From Spirochaetia bacterium (GTDB lineage Bacteria; Spirochaetota; Spirochaetia; SP-2023): a stretch of DNA of 64,000 nt. The translations under genes and the position numbers were made by a program. Under the pieces are notes generated by a model. That model was not told the DNA's origin. It did no database searches and was given only the letters and a program-made list of their open reading frames with translations. This document shows, in pieces, positions 1-10,564 of the stretch (position 1 is its first letter; every line of letters begins with the position of its first letter). The stretch is taken from NCBI GenBank assembly GCA_965225855.1, contig CBDDCK010000005.1, positions 1,248,001-1,312,000 of the forward strand, read 5' to 3'.

Positions 1-696
1 TTTGAGCATATTACCAAAAACTATTTCTACCCACAGTGGGGCACGTTGGGCTTAATTGCCAAGCAGAGCTTACCCCCTACTCTAAATATGGTAGTGGTTT
101 CTTTTTTGCTAGGTATGGTAAACCGTTATGCCAGTATTTATGGGGGTATAGCGGCCGTAGCCGCCTACGGCATTTCCCTGCGGATTGAACAGATTGTGCT
201 GATACCCAGTATGGGAGTGTCTACGGCTTTAACTAGTATTGCTAGCCAGAACAATGGTGCCGGCCAGATAAGGCGGATTCGTCAAGCCTATGGCTTTACC
301 TTATTGATGGGTATGCTGCTCTTATTGGTAGTGATGCTACCCTTGGGCCTGCTATTCTCGCAGGTGGTGGTGCGTTTGTTTACGGCCGACAGCCAAACAG
401 TGGAGATAGCTATCCAATACTTGGGTATTTGTGTGCTAACATTTTTCCCGTATTTGCTGATGATATTTTCCAGCTCTATCTTTCAAGCCATGCAAGTACC
501 CCACTATGCCAGCTATTTAACCATTAGCCGCAACTGCCTATTGCCTTTAATCACCTTTCACTTGTTTCCCGTTACCTTTGGGCTAGGCCTGCAAGGACTA
601 TGGCTGGCGATTTTATTTAACAACGTATTGGTGGCCTGTATTACTCTATATTTATGCCTACGCATTTTACGCAAAGCCTTAGGGCCAAACCAATAG
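1..696 (+). CDS. MATE family efflux transporter, C-terminal part (5' end outside window)
   Basis: Multiple TM helices; AVAAYGI..RIEQ and SQNNGAGQ..R motifs typical of MATE. Confidence 0.85.
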   Translation, partial: FEHITKNYFYPQWGTLGLIAKQSLPPTLNMVVVSFLLGMVNRYASIYGGIAAVAAYGISLRIEQIVLIPSMGVSTALTSIASQNNGAGQIRRIRQAYGFTLLMGMLLLLVVMLPLGLLFSQVVVRLFTADSQTVEIAIQYLGICVLTFFPYLLMIFSSSIFQAMQVPHYASYLTISRNCLLPLITFHLFPVTFGLGLQGLWLAILFNNVLVACITLYLCLRILRKALGPNQ

Positions 697-1076
697 AGAA
701 GTCACAGCAATAAGCTAGGACAACAAGCCACCATAAAGGATATTTTCATGAATAAACTATAACTAATTATTCTACTTACTAAACTTAGCAAACCTAGTCT
801 ACGCTGGCAACCTACACGATGATACATAGCAAATTAACTTAGGCCAAGTATAGCCTCTAATACAAAACATTGTAGGCTCTACTAAATGGCAATATTTATT
901 TAACTTTCGGTTCATAGTGGAAAATCTGCATCTTTTTATAGCTTGAATCATAACGGTAATATTTATGAATTACATATTTTGAAAGCCCCACTGGGGAATA
1001 CCAGCGGGACAAGTAGCCTCAAAAGATACAATAAAGGCTTGCAGTAGGAGAATTTTAGAGGGAGTAAATAATCATA

Positions 1077-1105
1077 GGCCCTGCAAGAAAAAATCTTGTA
1101 GGGCC
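1077..1105. terminator. Hairpin, probable terminator between convergent genes
   Basis: GGCCCTGCAAGA-aaaaa-TCTTGTAGGGCC inverted repeat. Confidence 0.55.
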
Positions 1106-1141
1106 ATGAAGTTCTCTTAATACTATATCCAGGCCCTTTTC

Positions 1142-1582
1142 CTAAAAAGAAGGTTTACGAATCTGATCAATACCCCATTTTTCATGTTTATAGCGTTCCA
1201 AAGGAAAGTCAAAATACTTTACCAGAACAATTTCTGCAAGATAAGCAATTTCGCTTCCTTCTTCTAGGTGGCCACCGATGGGACCGGTTTTACCGCTCAT
1301 ACACTGAATATGGCAATGTGCTTTATGATTGATAATTACCCCTTGCAGTGAAGTCATTTCCATAGGCTGCTCAATTTTGTATAAAATATCTTCCGGAGGG
1401 AAACCAACATGCTTGATATGGTGTAACGAAGCCACACGCAATGCAGCAATCCCACAGAGTACCGCCCCCGTTTGAATATCATGTTCTCTTGCAGCAGCTT
1501 CAATACTCTCTTTGAGCAATTCTCTCGGTTCCAAGTTTAAGATTATGCTTTGGCTACGCCCTTCTTGTACAAACGTATTCAA
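1142..1582 (-). CDS. PPC/DUF296 domain protein
   Basis: L.P.E.L..SI, SLQG, HCHI, GGHL.EG motifs; TTG start. Confidence 0.8.
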   Translation of the reverse strand: MNTFVQEGRSQSIILNLEPRELLKESIEAAAREHDIQTGAVLCGIAALRVASLHHIKHVGFPPEDILYKIEQPMEMTSLQGVIINHKAHCHIQCMSGKTGPIGGHLEEGSEIAYLAEIVLVKYFDFPLERYKHEKWGIDQIRKPSF

Positions 1583-1822
1583 GATTGTTCTCCTTTTATA
1601 TTTTGTTTATTACAAGTATTATAACTTAAATTTAGAGAAATTATTTTCAAATACCTCTAACAGTGGTTTGGCAAATGTTTCAATATTATTTTTACCTCAT
1701 GGCCATATAGTCAAAGAAGGGTTCGTCAACCATAAACGGAATAGTTTTTTATCTACTCTTACATTTTATCCTAATATTCCCTAATAAACTATATTAGAAA
1801 TCTTGCTATTGCTCATAATTCA

Positions 1823-2296
1823 TTATACAACCAAACTAACCGGTATTTTGCCTACAACTTTACGAACAGATTCTGACCCTACATGATCCAAATGATAGAT
1901 CAACCCAGGGGCATGGATATCGTTAGGAAAAAACACAGTACAGATCCCCGTTGGACAAGCCAACAAATTGTAGATAACTGGCATTTGATAGTATGTAAGA
2001 TCTTTCTCTTCATTATACGGAATCTGAATGCTACTATCTCTATCTAAAAGGGCCCAGCCCATACTCTCTCGGCCTTTTAGAATTACTTGTACGTCAATAT
2101 ACTTTTGATGAGTCTCCAGCTTAGGCACAGACTCGGTATCATAATCCATTAAAACATAAAACATACCTTCATCGAGCATATACTTACCATTTTCTTGTAC
2201 TTGTATCGAGTTATCATTCAAGATTTTCAACATATGCTGAATGGCAACTGGGCAAGATTTTTGAAAATCTTTGTCCTCGACTTTTCCTACAAACAT
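1823..2296 (-). CDS. YhcH/YjgK/YiaL family protein
   Basis: ETHQKYIDVQ, FFPNDIHAP and VRKVVGKI motifs. Confidence 0.9.
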   Translation of the reverse strand: MFVGKVEDKDFQKSCPVAIQHMLKILNDNSIQVQENGKYMLDEGMFYVLMDYDTESVPKLETHQKYIDVQVILKGRESMGWALLDRDSSIQIPYNEEKDLTYYQMPVIYNLLACPTGICTVFFPNDIHAPGLIYHLDHVGSESVRKVVGKIPVSLVV

Positions 2297-2305
2297 ATTA
2301 TTTCC

Positions 2306-3232
2306 TTACATAAAATGATTATACTGTGTACCATGTGTTTTAAGCTCTACCCCATATAGAGAAGTGGAAGCCGTAACATATAGGTAATTTTGCTGTCGTC
2401 CTCCCAAAGTGCAATTAGAGACTCGCTCTGGAATCGGAATATGCCCTAGCTTTTCGCCACTAGACGAAAAGACAAGGATACCATCTTCACAGCTACAAAA
2501 AACATTGCCTTGGAAATCCAAACAAAAGCCGTCTGGTATACCCGGTAATATCTCGGCAAAAATTTCCTTATTCTGCAATTTCTTGCCATGTACTTCATAT
2601 CGCAGAATGTGTCGATAACCCGATTTAACGAATTCCACACAAGACATATCGGCTACATAAAGATACTTTTCATCGGGAGAAAAACCTAAGCCATTGGGCC
2701 TTTGCACGTCCATGGTCGCTATCTCTAATGATTGTTCTGACTCGTTATAGCAGTATACATAACAACCTATAATCTGGCTCTCTGCACGGTAACCTTCTTC
2801 ATTACTCAAAATACCATAAGGTGGATCGGTAAACCAAATCGTGCCGTCACTTTTTACCACCAAGTCATTGGGAGAGTTTAAACGTTTATCCTCCAAACGG
2901 TCTACCAATATTTCTATTTCGCCAGAAGGATAAGTACGTGAAATACAACGCCGTCCGTGCTCACAACTTAGCAGATAGCCAGAGGGGTCGCGATAGTTGC
3001 CGTTACTATAATGGGAGTAGGTTTTTTCCACTTGAAGCCCACAATCATAGCTGTAGCGTAGCAAACGATTGGACTTGACATCGCTAAACAATATATAGTC
3101 TTGCTGTGGCGTATCACCTTGAAACCAAACAGGGCCCTCCGCCCACAATGCTCCGCTACAAAGCTTTTCAATCTTTGCTTGTGGAGATATTAGTTCCTCA
3201 AACATACGATGATAGCTTTTTAATATAGCCAT
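2306..3232 (-). CDS. SMP-30/gluconolactonase family protein
   Basis: WAEGPVW, NSPNDL, FTDPPYG, PNGLGFSPD, PDG motifs. Confidence 0.9.
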   Translation of the reverse strand: MAILKSYHRMFEELISPQAKIEKLCSGALWAEGPVWFQGDTPQQDYILFSDVKSNRLLRYSYDCGLQVEKTYSHYSNGNYRDPSGYLLSCEHGRRCISRTYPSGEIEILVDRLEDKRLNSPNDLVVKSDGTIWFTDPPYGILSNEEGYRAESQIIGCYVYCYNESEQSLEIATMDVQRPNGLGFSPDEKYLYVADMSCVEFVKSGYRHILRYEVHGKKLQNKEIFAEILPGIPDGFCLDFQGNVFCSCEDGILVFSSSGEKLGHIPIPERVSNCTLGGRQQNYLYVTASTSLYGVELKTHGTQYNHFM

Positions 3233-3234
3233 GC

Positions 3235-4410
3235 TTATTTTCCCCAAATTTTGCGGTAAACCTCACGATAACCAACAGGAGGATCATAAACATTGTCTTC
3301 TTTAACATTTGAACCATCAATCACAAATATCGGCGGGATATAACCGCTACTTGGTTGCCCGGCAATGGCTCGATTCAGCTCATCAATCAATTGCCAACCC
3401 TGCATATATAGAGGCTCCGGAACTGTAGCCGTTTGATAATCGGTTTTACGTATACGGACAAAAGCCGGCTCATCACCATCTCCAGCAGAAATATTGTAAG
3501 GGGGACCAGCACCGTCAATATTTTGTTGTTTTAATGTGGCTTTCATTCCCGTAAAGTAGTTATCATTGATTGCCAAAGCGTAAAAATCTCGACCGTAGTC
3601 CTGTAACAAGCGACTGGTTAAAGTCGGCATTCGGCTGCTAGTTTCGGCAATTGGCGTATCAATATATTCGAGAACCTTGCCACCAAACTCTTCAATCGTA
3701 TCACGCATGGTATCTGCTTTATCAATAGCAATTTGGTAATTAGAATCCGTAAAAATCACAGTGCGAACAACACTATCACTATGTGAGGCTGCATGAGAAA
3801 TGGCGTACAGGGCGGCAGTTCGAGCTACGTCTAAGGCATCGGTGGTGATGTTAAAATATAGCTTAAATTCTGGGGCAGGGCCAGGCTTACTCACAGCATG
3901 CCAACCAACAATTGGTATTCCCAATTCTTCGGCTTGCTCCAGCGATTTTTTGGCTGCATTTGGATACCAACCACCAATAACAATACCATCTGGCTTGCGA
4001 GCAATGGCCTGATTTAAAGCAGAGATCTGATTATTAGCCGAACCTTGCCCATCAAGAATTTCCATTTCCCAGCCAACTATTTCTATCGCTTCTTGAGCAC
4101 CTTTACTCACAGAAATCACACCACCATTGGTCATATCTGAGCCAACAAATATAATTAAACGTGAGCCTTGTACTTCTGGACCTGTAGAAGGGCCATCCCA
4201 TGTTGTGCCGACACTAGCTAAGGATTTCTCTAGCAATTTTTGCACTTTTTGCGTATTCGCGTTGCTAATCTGCCCCTCTTCTTTGTCACTGCCGCTTGAA
4301 GAACTTTTCCCTCTTGCCAGCAAGCTAAAATTAAATATCACCAAAATTGTGAATAGCATAGCCGTCAAAGCTATATTTTTAATTGGAAAACGTAGATGCT
4401 CTTTCCTCAT
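3235..4410 (-). CDS. Sugar ABC transporter substrate-binding protein
   Basis: Signal peptide; type-I periplasmic binding motifs (WDGPSTGP, ALNQAIARKPDGIV). Confidence 0.85.
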   Translation of the reverse strand: MRKEHLRFPIKNIALTAMLFTILVIFNFSLLARGKSSSSGSDKEEGQISNANTQKVQKLLEKSLASVGTTWDGPSTGPEVQGSRLIIFVGSDMTNGGVISVSKGAQEAIEIVGWEMEILDGQGSANNQISALNQAIARKPDGIVIGGWYPNAAKKSLEQAEELGIPIVGWHAVSKPGPAPEFKLYFNITTDALDVARTAALYAISHAASHSDSVVRTVIFTDSNYQIAIDKADTMRDTIEEFGGKVLEYIDTPIAETSSRMPTLTSRLLQDYGRDFYALAINDNYFTGMKATLKQQNIDGAGPPYNISAGDGDEPAFVRIRKTDYQTATVPEPLYMQGWQLIDELNRAIAGQPSSGYIPPIFVIDGSNVKEDNVYDPPVGYREVYRKIWGK

Positions 4411-4477
4411 CTTAAAAACTCCTTTTCTTGATATTATTTCAAATAATGGGCTAAACATTAGCATAAGTTTTGAGTTT

Positions 4478-4575
4478 GTCAAGAAGAATTATAAAAATTT
4501 ACTTCCTTTAGCCCATTGAAATCTCTGTTAGAAGAATCAGTCAAGAAGAATTATAAAAATTTACTTCCTTTAGCC
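4478..4575. repeat. 36-bp direct repeat duplicating the permease 3' end
   Basis: GTCAAGAAGAATTATAAAAATTTACTTCCTTTAGCC at 4478-4513 and 4540-4575. Confidence 0.85.
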
Positions 4576-5636
4576 TGCTTTTTTGGCAATTCACGTTTGG
4601 CCCGCCGCGACCTAGTATGTTTAGTTTTGCGATTTTGAGCATAGGCAGCTAAACCCAATGCTAGTACCAACGTCCCCCCATTAAACAATGGTTCAACAAA
4701 AAATGCACTACCATACTGTTGAATGCCCGTTGTACCAACGGCTAGCAAAATCACTGCCATCATAGTTCCCCAGATATTGATGCGTCCGGGCTTGATGCTA
4801 GTTGAACCCAAAAACGCCCCAACTAAAGCCGGCAATAGAAAATTCTGGCCAACGCTAGATTGGCCAACTCCTAGCTTTGCTGCCAACATCACCCCGGTAA
4901 AGGCTGTGATCAACCCTGAAGCCCCAAAGGCACAGATAATATATTTATTAACCGGAATACCATTGAGCAACGCCGCAACAGGGTTACCACCTACAGCATA
5001 CATAGCCCTACCAACTGGCGTATAAGCCGTAATCAACCACAACAACAGACATAAAAAGAAAGCATACAGCGAAATAACTGGAAAAATGCCAATGTCAGTA
5101 AAATAAATATTTTCAAAGGTTTGAGGTATGTCCTGCAGAACTACCTGCTTGCCTTCCGTATGCCACAGAGAGATAGCGTAGATAATAGTACCGGTCCCCA
5201 AGGTAGCCACAAAACTGTCTATATCAGCCAAAGCTACTAATAAACCATTGAGTACACCGTAGATACAGCCTAATAACAGGACAATAACGATGGCTACAGG
5301 CCAGCTGAAATCGTAGTGCTCTTGCAATGATATAGGGAGTACATGCCAAAGAGTCATAGCAAAGCCTACATTCAAGTCTATCTTGCCGACAATCATAGTG
5401 GTACTAGCTGCCAGTGCCAGTAGGGCAATAATAGATTTATCCCCTAAAAGTGCCCTAAGAGTCAATATACTAGCAAAATGCTTGGTACTTAAACTGAAAA
5501 ACAGAATCAGAATTACCGTAATAAATACCAATGAATAGCGTATAAACATCTGTTGTAAATAACACCATAAACCGTCATCTTGTATAGAAACATTTTGTTC
5601 TAAGGCCGTAGCTTTCATACTGGTTTGTTTTTGCAT
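4551..5636 (-). CDS. Sugar ABC transporter permease (RbsC-like)
   Basis: IDL.VG, GR.MYAVGGNP.AA.L.GI motifs; multiple TM helices. Confidence 0.9.
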   Translation of the reverse strand: MQKQTSMKATALEQNVSIQDDGLWCYLQQMFIRYSLVFITVILILFFSLSTKHFASILTLRALLGDKSIIALLALAASTTMIVGKIDLNVGFAMTLWHVLPISLQEHYDFSWPVAIVIVLLLGCIYGVLNGLLVALADIDSFVATLGTGTIIYAISLWHTEGKQVVLQDIPQTFENIYFTDIGIFPVISLYAFFLCLLLWLITAYTPVGRAMYAVGGNPVAALLNGIPVNKYIICAFGASGLITAFTGVMLAAKLGVGQSSVGQNFLLPALVGAFLGSTSIKPGRINIWGTMMAVILLAVGTTGIQQYGSAFFVEPLFNGGTLVLALGLAAYAQNRKTKHTRSRRAKRELPKKQAKGSKFL

Positions 5637-5682
5637 AATCTTTTCTCCGTAGACGACAACTCTGAATGACTATATCTATAAT

Positions 5683-7221
5683 TTAATTGGAAGCATAATT
5701 AAAAATATTTTGATGACTGACCTGGTTTCCAATTAGTTCCTGACTGATTTTATTTTTGTTAAACACCAACACACGAGAGCAAACCTTAGCAACTTCTTCA
5801 AAATCTGTTGAAACAAGGAGGAGAGACTTACCGTTGGCCAATATATCCAAAAATGTTTGGTAAATGTCGGCACGAGTGCCAATATCTACTCCAGCAGTAG
5901 GGTCTTCCAGAACCAAAATATCGTTGTTTATATCGAGCCAGCGGCTCAAAACCACTTTCTGCTGGTTGCCTCCAGAAAGAGCCGCAATATCGGCACTAGG
6001 GTTTGCAGGGTGTATATCGAGTTTATCTATATACATTTTCGTCTTGCTAGCCATTTTTTTATTGTGATGCAGCTTCCACGAATGGCAACCATGATTTTGC
6101 TGATTTAAGAATAAATTTTCTTCTAGCGACATATTCATTACCAAACTCTCCTTTACTCGGTTTGACGCGAGCAAAGAAAGCCCATGTTTTATCGCCCATT
6201 GAGGAGATAATTTTATTGTTGATTGTGCTTTAGCTAAATCATAAGATTTTTTTTGTAAATATAATTTCCCTTGTTGTATGGTTTGTAAACCAAACAGACT
6301 ACGACCAATCTGTTCATGGCCTGCCCCACGCAATCCCACCAATCCCAGTAATTCTCCTCTCAACAGTTGCAAAGAAAGAGGCCCAACCTGACCAGTTACA
6401 AAGTTTTCCAAAGCTAGTAATGTTTCGGATTGCGCCCCAGCTTGAATTTGTGGGGCTTTATAATTACATTCAACCTGGGTTTTACCTACAATATGGGTGA
6501 TCATCTCTTGATTAGTCATAACCTTGGTAAGATTGTTAGCTACAACCGCTCCATCGCGAATAATCAATACTCGGTCAGATATTTGAGAAACTTCATCCAT
6601 TCGATGAGTAACATAAATTATGCCTACTCCGGAATTCTTAAGATACTCGATGATTTCAAATAATTTATGGACATCTTCGGCAGGCAAAGAAGCCGTGGGC
6701 TCATCTAAAACCAGTAGTTGGGCTTTACTCGCTAAAGCACGAGCAATCGCAACCATGCTTTTTTCCGTCTGTGATAACTCAAAAATCCGCTTTTCTGGCG
6801 ATAGATGCACTCCTACTTGTGCAAGGGCTTGCTCTGCCTGCCTCTCCACTTTTTTCCAGCTAATCAGATGACCACGAAACATGGGAAAACCTATGCTGAA
6901 AGCTATGTTTTCCCCAACAGTCATCCAGTCTATCAAGCCCAAGTCTTGATGAATAAAGGCTATCGGTTTTTCATTGCCTCTACAAATGCTTGTTGCATTT
7001 TCAATCCTACCATATTCGCCAAATAAAATCTGGCCTTCATCTTTTGCATGGATACCGGCCAAAATTTTGATCATGGTGGATTTGCCCGCACCGTTTTTTC
7101 CCAAAAATGCCAAAACTTCGCCTTTATCTACAAATAGGCTGACATCTTTAAGGACTAAATTTCTACCAAATGCCTTAAAAATATGCTTCATTTCCAATAG
7201 ACATTGCGTTTGCGTTTTCAT
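5683..7221 (-). CDS. Sugar ABC transporter ATP-binding protein (RbsA-like)
   Basis: GKNGAGKST, LDEPT, LSGGNQQKV; tandem ABC domains. Confidence 0.95.
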   Translation of the reverse strand: MKTQTQCLLEMKHIFKAFGRNLVLKDVSLFVDKGEVLAFLGKNGAGKSTMIKILAGIHAKDEGQILFGEYGRIENATSICRGNEKPIAFIHQDLGLIDWMTVGENIAFSIGFPMFRGHLISWKKVERQAEQALAQVGVHLSPEKRIFELSQTEKSMVAIARALASKAQLLVLDEPTASLPAEDVHKLFEIIEYLKNSGVGIIYVTHRMDEVSQISDRVLIIRDGAVVANNLTKVMTNQEMITHIVGKTQVECNYKAPQIQAGAQSETLLALENFVTGQVGPLSLQLLRGELLGLVGLRGAGHEQIGRSLFGLQTIQQGKLYLQKKSYDLAKAQSTIKLSPQWAIKHGLSLLASNRVKESLVMNMSLEENLFLNQQNHGCHSWKLHHNKKMASKTKMYIDKLDIHPANPSADIAALSGGNQQKVVLSRWLDINNDILVLEDPTAGVDIGTRADIYQTFLDILANGKSLLLVSTDFEEVAKVCSRVLVFNKNKISQELIGNQVSHQNIFNYASN

Positions 7222-7552
7222 GATTTTAAACCACTTGTTTCAGCTGTATGCCGGTAAACGCTATTTCAAATAGCGGTTTAGATTATTTATTAAGTCTTTT
7301 CACTTTGTCAAGAAAAAATTACAAGAAGCTATCGGTATTTATTTCTATATTTTACAATATTTCTATTATATTCCAAAATAATTTCTCAATCAGATATCTT
7401 ATTGAAAAAATATTTTCTTGAATTGTTTTATACCAAAACCTGATTTCATATATTGACATAATTTGCAAATGAAATAGTATTAAATACGGTTTTTATAGCT
7501 GTTTTAGCTAGAGAACCTACTAAATCTTATTATTAAAATTTAAGGATCTATT

Positions 7553-8557
7553 ATGCAGAGGGTTAATTACGACAGCTTAAAACAAACGTATATTGCTGCG
7601 CTAGTCAAAAGAAATATGGAATCACAACCTGCCGATATGTTAGCTAGTGCGTTTGCGGATATGGCTTGGGATGGGACATATTCCCATGGAATCTATCGCT
7701 TCCCTGTCTTTATTAAGCAAGTCGATGAAGGAATGATTAAACTAAACAATCAACCTATCTGTGTAAATAAACTTTCTGCTTTAGAGCAATGGGATTGCCA
7801 GCTTGGGCCTGGCCCACTCAACGGTATTATTTGTAGCCAGCGATCGATAGAGCTCGCCGAAGAATACGGTGTAGGTGTAGTGGCTATGCGCAATAGCAAT
7901 CACTGGATGCGCGGCGGTGCTTATGCTCTGAAAGTGGCCAGAGAGGGGTATGCCTGTATTGCTGCCACCAATTCAACGGCCGTAATGCCCGCATGGGGTG
8001 GCAAAGATACCCGCTTGGGAACAAACCCGCTTATTATCGGTATTCCGGGCAATCCTCCGACTCTGCTAGATATGTCTTGCTCTCAATATTCTTACGGTGC
8101 TCTGGAAGTTGCCAAGGTTGCTGGTAAAACTTTAGAAGTTGATGGAGGTTATGATGCTGAAGGTCGCCTCAGCCGTGATCCAGATGCTATTAGCCAAACA
8201 CGGCGCTTGCTGCCCGCAGGATATTGGAAAGGCGCTTCACTCTCGATAGTTTTGGACATGCTCGTTTTTCTATTGGCCGATGGCCATAGCACAGTCGAGC
8301 TCACCCAGGATATCGGTGCCGAAACCGCTATTTCTCAAATGTTTATCACTTTAAATATCAATAAAACGACAGACCAAAATACAATGCAAGAAAAACTTGC
8401 CCGTACTATTAAATTTGTACTCGATAGCAAGCCTATCAACGAAGACGCTTGTATCCAAATTCCTGGACACTCTATTGAGAAATTTATCAAAGACCATGAA
8501 GAAAATGGTGGTATGCCTGTAGACGAAAAAACTTGGAATACGATTCAAAGTCTATAG
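7553..8557 (+). CDS. yiaK: 2,3-diketo-L-gulonate reductase (Ldh_2 family)
   Basis: SHG..RFP.FI, RNSNHWMRGG.Y, MPAWG, GTNPL, GYWKG motifs. Confidence 0.9.
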   Translation: MQRVNYDSLKQTYIAALVKRNMESQPADMLASAFADMAWDGTYSHGIYRFPVFIKQVDEGMIKLNNQPICVNKLSALEQWDCQLGPGPLNGIICSQRSIELAEEYGVGVVAMRNSNHWMRGGAYALKVAREGYACIAATNSTAVMPAWGGKDTRLGTNPLIIGIPGNPPTLLDMSCSQYSYGALEVAKVAGKTLEVDGGYDAEGRLSRDPDAISQTRRLLPAGYWKGASLSIVLDMLVFLLADGHSTVELTQDIGAETAISQMFITLNINKTTDQNTMQEKLARTIKFVLDSKPINEDACIQIPGHSIEKFIKDHEENGGMPVDEKTWNTIQSL

Positions 8558-8565
8558 GAAGCTCT

Positions 8566-9677
8566 ATGTATTACTTGGGTTTGGATTATGGCGGTACAAA
8601 AATTAAAACCGCTCTATACGATGAGGCAGGTACAGAAATTGGGATTGCGGTACAACCTTCTCAAGTAGATACATCTATGCCACGGGTTGTCGAAATTGAC
8701 AGAGAAGGGCGGCCTTGTGGTAAAGGAATTCTCTCTTCTGATACCCGCTCTATCGGGCTGATACAATCTTGGCGAGAACAAAAATTAAATAAGGCTCTAT
8801 ACCCATACATCTTGCAAGAGATATGGCCATTTCATCCATTGGCCTCGCTGGCCATATCTAAACAAAGAAGAGACACAGCAACTCGAGCATAGTTGCCATA
8901 TTACACTCATGGAGCATGATTATTTACGGTTACTACCTGTGTAGTGAAATAGTAGCTGAACGCAGCAATATTAGCGGCAGTGGGCTAATTGATATTCGCA
9001 AAGGGGAGTATTCTCTGGAAGTTCTGCAACAAACAGAGCTGGCCCATATTCGCAATAAATTATGCCCTATCGTTGAATCAGCTGATTTTTGCGGCAAAGT
9101 TAGCCAAGATGCTGCTGTAGCAACTGGTTTACTACAAGGAACGCCCGTATATGGCCGGTTTTTTTGATGTAGTGGGTGCTGCCGTGGCCTCTGGCCTGTG
9201 TTCAGAAAACGATTATCATGCCATTATGGGAACATGGTCGATTAGTACTTGCCTGTCTTCAAGCATTATAGCAGGAGATGATTCGCTTCAGATTCCTATG
9301 GGGGAGTTACGCTGCCTTGCCAGGAATGTATCCGTGCACGATGGTAGCCCAGCTTCAACTCCGGACTTTGCCTACAACGATCAGGTTTTACAACGCCTGT
9401 CGCCAGAACAAAATTCCCTGTTTTTTTACCCGTATCTCTACGCTTCTAATATAGGAGATAGCACTCCGGCTACTCTGTCTATTGGCCTACACAATCATCA
9501 CCGCTATGACGATATTTTATATGCGGTATATGAAAGTATTTTATTGGCGCATATGGGTGCATTTGCAAAAATTAAAGACAGTTCAGCCTAAACCAGAAAG
9601 ACTATTGTTAACCAGTGGTCCAAGCCAATCTAGGCCTTGGATGCAAATGTTTGCCGATTTTATCAATTTGCCGGTGT
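8566..9677 (+). pseudogene. lyxK: FGGY family sugar kinase (L-xylulose kinase-like), fragmented and truncated by the prophage
   Basis: YYLGLDYGGT.IK start; pieces in several frames (ERSNISGSGL, GFFDVV, W.QMFAD); apparent internal deletions. Confidence 0.75.
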
Positions 9678-9720
9678 TGACGTTAAAATGATAACTTAAC
9701 GGGATAGGACGTGATAACTT
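9678..9720 (+). repeat. Prophage left end with two putative transposase-binding boxes
   Basis: TGACGTTAAAATGATAACTT...GGACGTGATAACTT; GATAAC boxes 23 bp apart; exact terminal base uncertain. Confidence 0.65.
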
Positions 9721-9978
9721 GGGATTTTTTGGGACAAATGGAAGGTAAAAATTGGCTTACTTTCCAAAATAAAAAAGTAAAACCAAAATAAAAAAGTAAA
9801 AAATTTTTCATTGCACGAGAAAAAGCCAGAATCCATTTTAAACACCAAGCCAGAGCAAAAACGCTCAAAACCTTAAAAAGCCAAAGCGGTGCTAGGATAA
9901 CCAAACCATGCACCGCTTTTTTTGTGCCTTTCGGCTGAATCCACAAAATGCCTAAAGCTATTCATTGTAGCATTTTAT

Positions 9979-10007
9979 TTGACAAATTATACGTTTTGTG
10001 CTATACT
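9979..10007 (+). promoter_or_regulatory. Sigma70-type promoter of the phage left-end operon
   Basis: TTGACA-17 nt-TATACT with extended -10 TG. Confidence 0.65.
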
Positions 10008-10062
10008 ATAGAAAATTTAAAACAAGGCATAAAGGAGAAATAACCATCAAATTACCAATGGA

Positions 10063-10338
10063 TTGCCAAAAGGAGAGGCACGGCCAATAACCACAACGCC
10101 CGTGCCTTCCGAAAACCCGCCCGAGTTTGAAATCAGGCGAAACAAACATTTTGAAGCTGTGGACTTGCTCACTGGTGAGCTTGTACCGTTGCCTAAAAAT
10201 GTTGCGATACGTTGCCGCACCGCTTGGCTTATTATACGGGGCAACAACATTTTTGCCAAGGCCCGAACCCGCAAAGCTGCTTTTGATATTGCAGAACAAG
10301 CACTATATGAAGAATTGGGGGCTAAAAATAATGGGTAA
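10063..10338 (+). CDS. Hypothetical phage protein
   Basis: ORF downstream of the promoter; start uncertain. Confidence 0.4.
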   Translation: MPKGEARPITTTPVPSENPPEFEIRRNKHFEAVDLLTGELVPLPKNVAIRCRTAWLIIRGNNIFAKARTRKAAFDIAEQALYEELGAKNNG

Positions 10339-10564
10339 ATATCATATTTTAGCACCTGTAGTTGTTGTGGCTCTATGGAACTTACTAGCGAAATGATTAT
10401 AGCCAAATATGCAGACCAAAGCCCCGCCTTTGTTTGTGAACAATGCGCAAACGAGCACAATATTCAAGCAGGAACAAAACCATTGCACAGCCTAGCAAAA
10501 CAAGGCGAACGTTTGCGCATTGGCATTCCTTGCGATCTTGCTACTGTTTTTGGGAGGTCAAAAA

